63,850 bases of DNA, filler included, from Octopus bimaculoides (GCF_001194135.2; 6 parts of 6 records of this genome joined end to end with filler, not necessarily neighbours in it), one strand, 5' to 3'; counted from the first letter of the whole stretch, positions 38,566 through 51,491 are shown. Made by a program: numbers and translations. Notes: generated by a model from the letters alone, not told the origin.

Positions 38566-38676
38566 TAAACCTGACGAGTGATTATATTTTTAAATAGAAT
38601 TAAATTTGGATCGATTTATTTTTGATTTGAATTGTTATTATCTACCTTAATATAGCCACGAAACGCGCGTAGTGTA
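38566..38676 (+). ncRNA. Hammerhead ribozyme motif, type I, intact core, long stem II, palindromic stem III
   Basis: TAAAC CTGACGA (38571-38577); stem II GTGATTATATT/AATATAGCCAC (10 of 11 pairs); GAAAC (38660-38664); GCGC; GTA (38669-38671); GTGTA (stem I, 4 of 5 pairs). Confidence 0.72.
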
Positions 38677-38966
38677 CTTACTGCTATTTACTTTTTATAC
38701 TTTATCAATTCACTGCTATTTACTTTATATGCTTTATTGAATTCTTAGATTAGTATTTTTATAGTGGATTTTTTTCTGGGTGGTGTCATTGAGGTCTTTC
38801 ATTGTCTGGATTGTATAATGGTGGTTCTTCTCTAAATTATACACACACACACACACACGTACACACACGCACTTATATATATATATATATATNNNNNNNN
38901 NNNNNNNNNNNNNNNNNNNNNNNNNNNNNNNNNNNNNNNNNNNNNNNNNNNNNNNNNNNNNNNNNN

Positions 38967-39012
<46 letters not shown>

Positions 39013-39834
39013 GTGTGTATTTCATTTAAATAAATTTATCCTGAATTGTATTCCTATCACATTTATATCAGTATGTGTGAATTTATATATATTTGTAATA
39101 TACAATGTATATTACAATCATACATACATACATACATACACACACACATACATGCATACACACACACACATACATACATACATACATACATACATACATA
39201 CATACATACATACATGTCATTATGCTACAAACACTATTATAACACCTGAGCAATCTGGAGGAAAGACGGAAGCGCGAGGTTGGATAGAGCAGTTACTAAT
39301 TAACAAAATGATCCAGGAAAAAACAGTAAAATTTCGTAGATTGCCGATCAAAATTTATATTAAATTAAAAAGTGAAAGAGAACATACATATTGTACATAC
39401 ATGCATGCATATATACATAGGGGCAAAGGTATGTACCATCATAGAGGTCAGCTGCCCTGCAGATATAAGTATCTCTTTAGAAATCAAAGAAAAAGAGGAT
39501 ATCTATGGATGACTGCTTCGAAACCTCCAGCTTTTATATACAGACTATGAACTCATATTCATACCAATAATACTAAGAGCACCAGGTTTTGTTAGTAAAT
39601 GCTTAAAAGAGAATCTGGATAAACTGTGATTTTCAGAAAGAGAAATCGACCGGCTTATTCATATATTACAAGTGCAATCTTTGGGTGGAACAGTAAAAAT
39701 ATGCAAGACTTTTCTCAAGTTCTAAATGTGAATTTGTCTGTGTTAACTACATCCCAAAGATGGAGCCTTGTATCTTTGTTGGAAACCGGCTACGTCCTAA
39801 GTGAAAGATTTATAATAATTAAAAAATTGAAGAG

Positions 39835-40274
39835 ACATATATTCATACATACATACGTACATACATAAGTACGTACATACATAAATGCATACGTAAGTAC
39901 ATACATACACACACATACAGACATACATAGGCACATACAAACACAGACATACATACACCCACATACATACATACACCCACATACATACACCCACATACAT
40001 ACANNNNNNNNNNNNNNNNNNNNNNNNNNNNNNNNNNNNNNNNNNNNNNCATACATGCATACATATATACATACACACAACGTACGTACGTATGTACGTA
40101 CTTACATACACACATGCATGCATGCATACATGCATGCATACATACGTACATATATACACACATAGATATACATACGTAAGTACGTACGTACGTACATACA
40201 TACGCACACACACAAACATACATACATACACTCACATACAAACAGACACACACATACATACATACATACATACA

Positions 40275-40308
<34 letters not shown>

Positions 40309-40322
40309 CATACATACATACA
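39835..40322. repeat. (CATA)n-rich degenerate microsatellite abutting the RTE 3' end
   Basis: Direct reading. It contains an N gap. Confidence 0.95.
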
Positions 40323-40367
40323 TGGTGGTTGTCTACTCCTTATACAGAGTTTGACCACCTCCTGTAC

Positions 40368-40680
40368 CTACACCTTAGCACCAACATGGCGTCTGATGTG
40401 GCTTTTTAAACCAGAAAAGGTTCTGAAAAGACGCCTACATAGATTGCACCTTTGATTTGGACTACCAATACCTGCAGATAAGTTCTGCTCTTTGTGGATT
40501 TTAAACGTGTCTTTTGAGGCCTCTGTTGGATTTGCAAACCTTCTGGCATACACCGCATCCTGGCATACACTGCACAGACATATAGTCAGAACAGTTGGTA
40601 GAGGTTTGTTTTCCATGTGTTCACGGATGAGATTTGAGGCCTACCAAAAACAGTCATGGTCTGTCACAGACTGTGCACAC
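40368..40680 (-). pseudogene. RTE ORF C-terminus with three C2H2 zinc fingers
   Basis: CTVC-x12-HP*TH (40677-40615), CGVC-x12-HVKIH (40557-40494, 1-bp frameshift), CNLC-x12-HIRRH (40448-40386), stop at 40370-40368. Confidence 0.85.
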
Positions 40681-40999
40681 GAAAGGTCATTGTCATTCAC
40701 CTTCTCGTTCGTTACATTCCATTCTTCCTTAGATCTCTTTTGAGTCTTGCGTTTCCTGGCCTCTTCAAATGTTTTTACTCCACTCCACACCTTTGTTCGC
40801 CATCCAACTCGATCCGAAGCAAGGGTTTCTATATCTGCTGGAACCATTCAAAGTAACTTCATAGTAATCCTTATGCCATCCTTAAACCTTTCGTTTTTCG
40901 GTTTACGCCGATAGCATTTCCCCTCTGCAAGCTCAACCATAAAACAGCTGTTTCGGCATGCGTTCATCTGCCATTTGAACAATATGGCCACACCATCTC

Positions 41000-42691
41000 A
41001 ATTGATTCCTCAAAACCATAGCTTTAATTGAGGTGATCCCTGCACATGCAAAGACATCCGTGTTTGGGGTAAAAGAACTCCATTTAATTTTTAAAACGCA
41101 ACGAAGGCATTTTTGGTGGAATTGCTCTAACTGTTTAAAATGCCTTTCATAACAAGTCCAAGTTTCACAAGAATATAACAGGGATGGTAAGACAAATGAT
41201 TTGTAAAGAGCCAGCTTTGTATTCTTATTTATATGTCGCTGGCACCAAACGAGTGACTCTAAGTCACCAAATACTTTTGCTGCCCTTTGAATTCGCAGCT
41301 GTATTTCTGTATTAAGATTTCCATCATTTTGAACAGAGTTGTCAATGTAGACCGACGAATCGACAAACTCAAGTAACTTTCAGTTAACAAAAATTTTAGG
41401 GATGGGTTACAAACATCACCACACGCAAGTTTATGCATTACAACTGTTTTTTTTTTGTTTTGTTTTTTCAAGTTGTAGTCAAGCCAAAATCATCACAAGC
41501 TGAGTCAAATGCAGATACAAGAGATTGCAGACCTGTTACAGAATGGCTGACAAGATCGCAATCGTCAGCATACAAAAGTTTCCTAATGAGTGAAGTAAAA
41601 TCCTTCGTTTTGAATTTCAGTCTGGTCAGATTAAAAACATTCCCTGTTGTTCGATATTTTATGTAAATACCCTCCTCAGAGTTTTGAAAAGCATGTGACA
41701 ACACAACAGCAAAGTATATTGCAAAGTGGGTGGGTGCGTCAAGGTCTCCTTGCTTTACTTCATTTTCTACAGCAAAAGATTCAGAGAGCCTACCACCAAA
41801 ATTAACTCTAGCTTTTATATCTTGATGCAAAGCACTGACCATGTTTACAAATTTTTCTGCGCGACCTATTTCCCTTAGAATTAGCCACAGAGCATTTCGA
41901 TTAACAGTAATGGTATAGAGCAAGACTCTGTTCAATGCACTTTTCTTGTAATTGTCTGACAACAAAGATACAATCAGCTGTGCCCCTGGAAGAACGAAAA
42001 CCACACTAAGGCTCAGACACTATATTTGGAACTATAAAGGTATTTAAACGTTCTAACAAAATGCGGGCAAGTACCTTTCCAACCACAGACAAAAGCGAAA
42101 TCCCGCGAAAATTACCACACAGATCCTTTGGCCTAGATGTATACAAGGAGACTGAAATGGTATCAATCCAGTCTTGAGGCACTTTCTCAGTTCTCCAACA
42201 GTGACAATTAATATATTCAATAGTTCAGACCTTTTGTCACCCCCATATTTCTAGACTTTTGCACAGATTCCATCAGATCCTGGAGACTTGTTGTTATTCA
42301 GCTTATTCACAGCTAAATAAATGCCATTTAGAGTTGGTTCAAATGCCATCTCTTCTATAGCTGGAAGGTGTTCAATTTTTTCTATCGTCCTCATGTCAAC
42401 GGATGATGGTCTATTCAAAAGTGCAGAAAAATGTTCTACCCAACGTTTATGAATAGAAGCGGTGTCAGTCAGAAGAAAACGTCCATTTACTGTTCTCACT
42501 GGAGCTATTGAAGAAGATTTGGGGCCATATACCTCCTTAACATAAGAGTACAAACCCTTGGCATCACTTCTATCAGCTGCTTTTTGTGCCCCTTTTGCTC
42601 TATCATTACACCATTCCTGTTTAATTTTCCTTAGAGCAGTCTTCACTTTCCTTTTCAGCTTTCTGTAAGTTTCGTTTGAGTTGAGGTTCAA
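41000..42691 (-). pseudogene. RTE ORF: reverse transcriptase domain, broken by stops, frameshifts and a deletion
   Basis: NKSPGSDGI, NFRGISLLSVVGKVLARILL, CGFRSSRGT, VKQGD..APT, LLYADDCDL. The motif-A segment (FIDL.KAFD) appears to be missing between LALY and TVNR near 41920. Confidence 0.9.
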
Positions 42692-43796
42692 GGACTGAGA
42701 AAGAAGTTTTTTTGCCTAAGTTTTGTTTTTCTAAAAGTAGATCGCGAATTTCTGCTGATCTATCCGAGAACCAGTCACTGGATTTATGAGATTTATATCC
42801 CACTGATGAACTTGCAGCCTGAAATACTTTTGTTTTGAAATCTTCCCATAGATTGTTTGGGTCAAGATTGATACTTTTTATAGCATTGTGGAATCTTTGC
42901 AAGTTGCTTGATAATTTAAAGTTTGCAACATTTAACTTTTTGGGTACCTTAGGACCAGAATGTTGATTTTTAGACATTATCAAAAAATCTATTTTTCCAC
43001 GCACTACATGATGGTCAGTACAGCTCTCTGCCCCTCTCATGACCCGAACGCTAGAAACGTCTTTCATATCACGTTTCCTCATCAGAATATAATCTATGAG
43101 ATGCCAGTGCTTAGATCTTGGGTGCATCCAGGTGGTTTTATATTTATTTTTCTGCTTAAACAGAGTGTTGGTGACAACCAGATTATTCTCAGTACAAAAC
43201 GTCAAAAGAGCTACTCCATTTTTATTGCATTTTCCAATACCATGTCGACATAAAACATGCCATGAAACATAGTCCTTTCCAACTCTTGCATTGAAATCTC
43301 CCAATATGACCAGCTTGTCAGAAATTGGTACTTTCCTCAATAATCGTGCTAGATCGTCATAAAACTGTCCTACAGTTTCATCAGAATGGGATATTGTTGG
43401 TGCATAAATACTGAGAACGGTAAGAAACCTACCTTTTGTCAGTTTAATATGGCATGACATCATCCGTTCAGATATACCACTTGGAAGCTCTGCAATGGAG
43501 GATACTAATGTATTCTTGAGAGCAAACCCAACACCAGATTCTCTACGCTGACCCTTCGGTAGGCCTCTCCAAAAGATAGTATACCCATTAGTAGGTTCAT
43601 TTACTTGACCCTCACCAGAGAGACGAGTTTCAGAGAGCACAACTATATCAAGGGAATATTTCTTGAGCTCACATGCAATAAGTGAAGTACGCCTTTCTGG
43701 CCTCTTGTTGAAATTATCAAGAAGTGTGCGCACATTCCAACAACCGAAATTCAAAGGATGTTTATTTTTACTTTTTCTTGAAGATTGCTTGACCAC
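42621..43796 (-). pseudogene. RTE ORF: apurinic-like endonuclease domain (longest open segment)
   Basis: WNVRTLLD...RPERRTSLIACEL...LSETR...YAPT...LGDFNARVG...WMHPRSKHWHLIDY...TDH. Confidence 0.93.
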
Positions 43797-44749
43797 AGTG
43801 CCAGGATGACGACCGGGTCCAACCTGTGATACACTGAGACATCTGTCAAGCTAGACCCACTCCCCTGACGTTCCTAAGCCTTTTTTGCTATCTACTGAAT
43901 CTGTTTGAGACATTTTAGAGTAAGTTACAATGCATTTTAAGGTTTCTGCCAACCAACTAATTGAATGATTTTACTAAGATTTGGAATTACCTGTACAGAT
44001 GAATAATTTTCAGTGGGTGTAGCTTGCACTGCACTATCCCCACCTATTAGCCCAAGAAGACTTTCGCCGGTGTGACATGAAAATTGGCAAAACCAGGAAC
44101 TTCCAAGGCCTCAGGTTTTATTTCGGAGATTTCCTTCTCCTAGGCAGATTACCAACCGAGGCTAAAGAGCTTCTACTTGCCCATGAGGTAAGCTATCCCA
44201 TTCCAGACACCAAACCGACACTCAGACACTCTATAAAGTGATCAAATATCACCCTGGTGACTGACGCAGTGTAGCTCATTCATAAAGGAGAAAAAGAAAG
44301 ATACGATATGTGATTTGCAAATGTAAATAAGAGTTATATAGAAATATAAAAAAGTAANNNNNNNNNNNNNNNNNNNNNNNNNNNNNNNNNNNNNNNNNNN
44401 NNNNNNNNNNNNNNNNNNNNNNNNNNNNNNNNNNNNNNNNNNNNNNNNNNNNNNNNNNNNNNNNNNNNNNNNNNNNNNNNNNNNNNNNNNNNNNNNNNNN
44501 NNNNNNNNNNNNNNNNNNNNNNNNNNNNNNNNNNNNNNNNNNNNNNNNNNNNNNNNNNNNNNNNNNNNNNNNNNNNNNNNNNNNNNNNNNNNNNNNNNNN
44601 NNNNNNNNNNNNNNNNNNNNNNNNNNNNNNNNNNNNNNNNNNNNNNNNNNNNNNNNNNNNNNNNNNNNNNNNNNNNNNNNNNNNNNNNTAAGTAAAATTA
44701 TACATATATACACAAAAAAAAAGATATATGCATTATTTACAGACATTTT

Positions 44750-44941
44750 GTTGGATGCCCGTTGACTGTTCAGGAGTTCATTCGCCCTTTGACAGGTCTT
44801 ATCTTTCATCCCGCATGGTGTCCAACAACACCCTCCTCACCAAGGAAGCCTGGTGGCGTTGCTAGTTTAGTCGCCGACGACCCGACTATGCGACAGGTTG
44901 TACTGGATTACATGTTACCAGTAGCACTCAAGAGCGACCTG
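44750..44941 (-). mobile_element. Probable 5' terminus of an RTE-BovB-type element
   Basis: Minus strand CAGGTCGCTCTTGAGTGCTACTGGTAACATGTAATCCAGTACAACCTGTCGCA...GGCGACTAAAC...AAGACCTGTCAAAGGG. I recall this as an RTE 5'UTR pattern, which is not verified here. Confidence 0.5.
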
Positions 44942-45216
44942 ACATACATACATACATACATATAAACATACATGTTAAGTTAAGAATAATACACAGACGA
45001 ACAGAACCCATCAGTGGTAGACAGAATGCACATAATTCTTTAATTTTTTTAAAATTTCACCCAACGCACCATCAAATGTTTTTGCTGGTGTAACAAGTCT
45101 ATTATATTTTGCAAATGTAACAAGTCTACTATATTTTCAGATCTAGCAGAAAAGAAACAAACAAGGTAAAAACTATCTAACCATATTCCAAATTGAATCT
45201 ATTTACGCAAAATGTT

Positions 45217-45638
45217 ACATCGCTTTAAGGGATGAGGTATTTCCCGATAGCGAATAACATCAGTGATCAGATATTCACATTCTAACGTGACAGAACGTAT
45301 TAAGAATGATTAGCTACGTTATTGTTTTGATTCCTGCTGTTCTGTGTACACCTCATGAATTAATATTTGTTTGGCAAATATCTGCACGCATCAGCAAATA
45401 GTTTGTTTCTTCATTCCGATAAACAAGATCTCGTGACCTTTGGAGGCTCATTGGTCCGGGATAGCTTCAACTGCAGAGGCAAACAACTGGTGCGTCATGT
45501 ATACTGAGAACATCCTGTGTATTAAGAACATCGCTTCAAGGGAGATGATCTGCGATAGCGAATAACAGCAGTGATTGGATATTCACATTTGACTCTGCCA
45601 GAACATATTAAGAATGATTAGTTATGTTATTGCTTGAT
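45217..45638. repeat. Diverged ~115-bp direct repeat pair (45217-45331 and 45528-45638)
   Basis: Shared ACATCGCTT.AAGGGA, GATAGCGAATAACA.CAGTGAT, GATATTCACATT, CAGAAC.TATTAAGAATGATTAG.TA.GTTATTG. Confidence 0.85.
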
Positions 45639-46260
45639 CTAAAATTCGAAAGAAACTTCTTATAAACTTCCATTTAAAAGTAACCTAAAAGTACACGTCT
45701 TGACATTTGAAATACTTTTTTCAAATATTATATTATGAAGAACAATTCAAAACAAACTTGTAGTCTATTTTCAGTACGAACAATTTTTAGCTCTTGTGCC
45801 TTAACTAAGATATTGACGCTTATGTGTAAAAGATGAAAATCTGGAAAATTCTGTTGTTGTTTTCGTTGTTATTTTGCCATAATTTTTTCTTGGTGAAGTC
45901 ATAATTACAAATTTTACAAAATGTGTTTTTCTCCCCTCGTACTATTAAGGGAAAGGCTTGCAGTGTCTATAGCAAATAACGCATCTAAATTACAATCTAT
46001 GCTACATTCAACGCGTCAATTTCACAAAACCACATTCTAATTTTCTATTCCTGGAGTGTATGAAACGATTTTCACAAACTTGTATTGTACTGCCCTGGGT
46101 GGTGGTATGTTATGCAGTAATTAATAATCTTTATTATTGTTTTGTCATTGTTTGCAGCTTTATTTTATTCAGTCGTACTTATAAATATATTTTAAAATTC
46201 TGTCAATAAGGACCGGTATTCGGTTACCCTTGTTTTATTCTGGTGTAGGGTGTAGTATCG

Positions 46261-46377
46261 CTGGAGCAGCGTAAAATGAAGTCTTTTGCTCAAGAGAATA
46301 ACACACCACCAGGTCATGAGTCCAAGCCACGATCTACCGATTGTGAGTACAATACCATAACCACTTGGCTATGCGCC

Positions 46378-46380
<3 letters not shown>
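46261..46380 (-). mobile_element. SINE family B, 5' part
   Basis: CTGGAGCAGCGTAAAATGAAGTCTTTTGCTCAAGAGAATAAC...AACCACTTGGCTATGCGCCTTC parallels 8982-9098. Confidence 0.75.
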
Positions 46381-46420
<40 letters not shown>

Positions 46421-46879
46421 ACACACATATATATATATATACACACACATACATATATATACATGTATATATACACANNNNNNNNNNNNNNNNNNNNNNN
46501 NNNNNNNNNNNNNNNNNNNNNNNNNNNNNNNNNNNNNNNNNNNNNNNNNNNNNNNNNNNNNNNNNNNNNNNNNNNNNNNNNNNNNNNNNNNNNNNNNNNN
46601 NNNNNNNNNNNNNNNNNNNNNNNNNNNNNNNNNNNNNNNNNNNNNNNNNNNNNNNNNNNNNNNNNNNNNNNNNNNNNNNNNNNNNNNNNNNNNNNNNNNN
46701 NNNNNNNNNNTATATATATATATATATACAGGATGTGGACGAAATAATGAAAAAAAACCATGTTGAATGGATGCTTTATTACTTCGTCAAACTTTGGCAT
46801 CCATCAAACATTTCAGACGTTTCGAAATTGACTTATATCGGTTTTGATCAGTTGTTAAGGGAATTTTGAACCATTCTTC

Positions 46880-47505
46880 AAGTGAAACTTGTTTTAGCTC
46901 TTTAGGTGGTAATGGCGGGGAGAAGTGACTCCTCCCCTACTGCTCCGACATGCACCAATAATGCTCGATTCAACTGGGACCCGGTGATTTTAAGGGGCAA
47001 TCCATGTAGTTTACTTCACCTTTGTGTTCTTTGCATGAACTTTGAATGATATTAGCCTTTTGCATTGGAACATTCCAATCGTGGTGGACTGCGCTACTAT
47101 CAGAGAAAACTGTATGTACCTTAGGCTGGTAATGCTCAGCTAAAATACTCAGATATACCATTGTACAAGGACTAAAGAGCCCAGAGAATTCCGTACCAAG
47201 GTTGACTACTTTCAACACAGAATGAATATCTCGATTCAAGGTAGAAGCCTAGCAGATAGGGTTGAATGCTTCTTTGGTGTCTCTCAAGACATATATTCAC
47301 GCCGAAGTGGAAAAACGAGTAGACGCATATTCAACAGAGATGACAATATTCCACTGAGCCATTTACCATTTCTGGTAGTCTAGACACCAATTTTTCCGCT
47401 TCTCAGTGTTGACGAGGAAGAGAAGAGGTTTAGCAGCTGCAGCGCACTCACCGTATCCAAATTTATGGAAGTCACAACGAACGGTTTTGGTTGACATCGG
47501 GTTGG
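46880..47505 (-). pseudogene. Decayed Tc1-family transposase (HTH2 and DDE regions)
   Basis: MSTKTVRCDFHKFGY...AKPLL...RKNWCLDY...QWNIVIS / YLSILAEH...TVF...EHKGEVNYMDCPLKSP..*IEHYW follows the Tc1 motif order KPLL, W..VI.SDE, WP.QSPDLNPIEHLW. Confidence 0.78.
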
Positions 47506-47567
47506 CAAAGTGCATATATATTTAAGTACATACATATATATGCATAAATATATGCAATGTATACTAC

Positions 47568-47598
<31 letters not shown>

Positions 47599-48144
47599 NN
47601 NNNNNNNNNNNNNNNNNNNNNNNNNNNNNNNNNNNNNNNNNNNNNNNNNNNNNNNNNNNNNNNNNNNNNNNNNNNNNNNNNNNNNNNNNNNNNNNNNNNN
47701 NNNNNNNNNNNNNNNNNNNNNNNNNNNNNNNNNNNNNNNNNNNNNNNNNNNNNNNNNNNNNNNNNNNNNNNNNNNNNNNNNNNNNNNNNNNNNNNNNNNN
47801 NNNNNNNNNNNNNNNNNNNNNNNNNNNNNNNNNNNNNNNNNNNNNNNNNNNNNNNNNNNNNNNNNNNNNNNNNNNNNNNNNNNNNNNNNNNNNNNNNNNN
47901 NNNNNNNNNNNNNNNNNNNNNNNNNNNNNNNNNNNNATACATGTGTGTGTGTACGTGTGTGTGTGTATATGTCCATGTTATATGTCCATAAAAGTCTTAT
48001 TTTGGGCTTGTTTGCAGAGTTCAATCCCACAGAAAATGTCGGTTCCATCGTTTTCTCAATGTGTTTAGCTGTGATCGTAATGCCAATAAACATCTTCACA
48101 CGTACATACCCTAAATCAAACCGATGTCTGAATTCTTCTTTTTC

Positions 48145-48175
<31 letters not shown>

Positions 48176-49442
48176 CTAGTCCGAACACGCAATCTTTAAG
48201 AAGCATGTTTTACATTGATTTGAGATCATCGTATCATATATTCCTAAAGTGCCTAAGTCCACATACGGCATGCATGTAGAAGGAACGCTGGCAGAACATG
48301 CAACATAAAGGGAGCAAATAATGTAGATATATTCGAGGATGCAATGTTTGCGAGACAGAAATTCAATTGAGAGGTTAGTTATGATCGCGCACGTGCATAA
48401 ACTGTAGTCTGGTCATGAACACTTCTCTCTAGCCGGGGACCGTATAATAGACGTTACAGTACATCATTACGTATGCGTTACCAGAAATCCATAATAGACA
48501 TATTTTTAAAAAGTATCGAAGATTCATATATTTTTTCATGGCTTATTGCTTTTGCCGTTGACGAAAGCAGGTAATTCTCTGAATACAATTACTCTAATTT
48601 CTTCATGTGAAGTTTTCAAAACAGAAAACTATAACGTCGTGGCTAATCTATGTTTCTGGTTGGTACATTTCATCAGTGCAAAAAGTAGCTGTTTCGATGC
48701 ATTTAAAATTGTATTAATATACGTAACAATTTCGATACAGTTCCAAATGATAATAGTATACTCTTTGTAAAAATGTTTCGGCTAAACCCAAATTTGTTAA
48801 TGGAAACTGTACTGTATTTTATCTCAATTTACAGTGGTTGAAGAAATCAGATTAGTTACGATGAAAATTTGAGAAGAATTGATATTTTACTCTGTTGATA
48901 GGAATCATTAATCTGATTTCCGAAAGTATACATCCACTTTAGGGTGAAATTGTGGATAATTATCTATAAAACTGGTCTGCATTGCATATTAATTAGATGT
49001 ATATACGTTATTTGTCAACGGCATTATGTATGTAGAGTCATAATATGGTACCCACTTTCTAGTTTGTTCTTGTTTTTCAATTTGTGTTCTCTGTATCTTT
49101 AGGTTTATGCTTTTACTTCTTCATTTCTATTGATTTACTATCAGTATTTCTAGCAAACTCAATTTCAATCGTGTCCAATTATTTATTTTTGGGTAATTTA
49201 TTTTCTATTTAATTCCTTCTCCAACTTTTCATGGTATAAAACTAGTACACACCACATTTTGTATCAAACTTCTCGTTCAATTTCTGCTTGTAAAAACGAT
49301 ACCACGTGATAATACTCATCTCTTGAACACTACTACAAATACTCCAAATCACCAAGCTTTTAGAAATAAGTAAATCATTGGGTATAGTATTCATGAGGTT
49401 GTTTTGTTTTACGGTATTCATACATTTACGCATATTCTTTAA

Positions 49443-49657
49443 TTCTTTTACTTGTTTCAGTTATTAGAATGCAGCCACGATGGGGTACCACCTCGATGGA
49501 TATCTCTTTCAGTTTCCATCTATCAAATCCACTCGCATGGCTTTGGTCGGTCCGAGACTACGGGAGAAGACACTAGCAACGCGCTGGTGCACAACCCGGA
49601 ATCATGTGGTTGGCAAGCAAACTTCTTACCACACAGCCACGCCATTTCTTGCACCTG
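49443..49657 (-). mobile_element. SINE family C (49505-49657) joined to a family D 3' end (49443-49493)
   Basis: TTTCAGTTTCCATCTATCAAATCCACTC...GAAGACACT...AACTTCTTACCACACAGCCAC matches 54606-54775. CTTTTACTTGTTTCAGT matches 7213-7230. Confidence 0.75.
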
Positions 49658-49998
49658 AATACGTGTATGTGTATGTGTGTGCGTTTGTATATATATATAT
49701 ANNNNNNNNNNNNNNNNNNNNNNNNNNNNNNNNNNNNNNNNNNNNTTAATTAATTAANNNNNNNNNNNNNNNNNNNNNNNNNNNNNNNNNNNNNNNNNNN
49801 NCGATCCCTTTTGATCGACCCCCCCCTTTTTTTTTCCTTCCCCCTCCCCAAAAGAAAAGCTCTACATTGTATTTGTCCCATCTTCGTTGAGCCCTGTGTG
49901 GCTAATGAAAGAAAGGTATCTATCTATCTGTCTGTCTGTCTGTCTGTCTGTCCGTCCGTCCGTCCGTCCGTCCGTCCGTCCGTCCGTCTGTCCGTCCG

Positions 49999-50045
<47 letters not shown>

Positions 50046-51455
50046 GTTATTTAGAGGTCCACCAAGCAGCGATGATTAAAGCGAAGCTGGTGGCAGATAT
50101 ATTAAACACGTTCGTGCACACTCAAACGTGGAAATAACTTCGCTTTGGAAACTGTCTCGAGAAAATCCTCTTTACAGAAAATGCTGGGGATACGAATGGC
50201 ATCAACAGACTTTAAGACACGTGTTGCTACAGCAAACGTTTTTCCACGTTTGAGTATACACAAATATATAAATAAATACGGTGGGAAGATATCGAAATCG
50301 TTGTGATCCGCAGTCGATAACCAGTGAGAGGAGTGTCTTGCTGTGCAGGCTTATTGCAATACATACAATATATTCGATAATATATATATGTAGATATATG
50401 AATATATATATATAGGTGTATATATATATATATCATCATCATCATCATCATGAATGTTGACTGTTTACTTCGTAGAAATTAATTCAGTTGTGATTTTATC
50501 GTGATTTTATTAACAACTCTTATTTCCTATCACCGATAACGTACCTTTATCAGGAAGATAACCTATTTTTGCGGGCATTTTTGAGTAGCGATTTTTTAAC
50601 CGTTTTTTTTTCTCTTTATCTAAATCTCCTATTTTTAAAAAATTAAACAATAATTCAGCTTTAATACTTGGCATAATACCGTACTGCAAAAGCACAAATC
50701 AATAATAAGATTTTAGCTGAAATATTTATACGACACAGATATCTGTTTACTTAATAGCAAGATAAACATAAGAATTAATTCCCCCTCGTCCAACATCTCT
50801 TATATTTAGGCTCTCTCGTATCTTATAAATAAATGCGAGGAAAAATTTCTGATAATCGTACAGTTTAGGAATCAATACAGTTACAACTTTCCGAGCACCA
50901 AATAACTCTACACATTATTGCTTGTGATTTAATATTTTTGATTTAAATAGTGGTTTACTTATTTCTGAATTATTTTCTTGTCTCTATGTATATATATCAA
51001 ATAACAGACGAAGGGAGTTTTATATTTGTGACATTTGTTTCGCTGGGAATCTTTATTTAATGTAATTACAATAGATTTAATTATATATTACATGAATTCC
51101 CAGGTTTATCAAGCGAATTTAAGCATTGACAATCCGTGACTAGCCGACAAATTTCTGCAAGTGGAATTTAAAGTTGAAGTTGCCAACATATAAATCTAGC
51201 GGGTCGATGTGTTCAAGAGCTGACAATCAATTATGGTACAAATCAAAGAGGGGAAGAAGATATAATTTATGATCTTTTACTAAAAGATAACAAAAAGAAA
51301 CTTAAGTTTTACAAATAAAACGGCGTTAGGGGTACATCAGTTCCATACCACTACAGAGTAGACGTTTAGGTCAATTCAATGTAATAAATACGTTTTATTT
51401 TACATAATTTACAAACGCACACACACACAAACACACACATACATACATACATACA

Positions 51456-51491
<36 letters not shown>

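Larger units (their letters stand above)
40323..44270 (-). mobile_element. Near full-length decayed RTE-BovB-type LINE
   Basis: 5'UTR motif CTTTAGCCTCGG...CTAGGAGAAGGAAATCTC; APE endonuclease; RT with YADD; C-terminal zinc fingers; short 3' stem-loop GGTGGT...ACCACC; (TATG)n tail. The 5' boundary is approximate. Confidence 0.93.

Noticed and set aside
44030-44200. HDV-like ribozyme in the RTE 5'UTR (GGCTAAT...; also GGCGAATG near 44780)
   Set aside because: J4/2-like words are present, but I could not build P1, P3, L3 and P1.1 by eye. An Infernal/RNArobo search would be needed.
46805-46860. Minus-strand CTGATCA...GAAACGTC hammerhead-like
   Set aside because: G8 is changed, stems I and II do not pair, and it lies next to the Tc1 remnant.
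47995-48110. Hydrophobic plus-strand exon candidate EFNPTENVGSIVFSMCLAVIVMPINIFT
   Set aside because: Poor donor site, no family recognised, and it sits between microsatellites and a gap.
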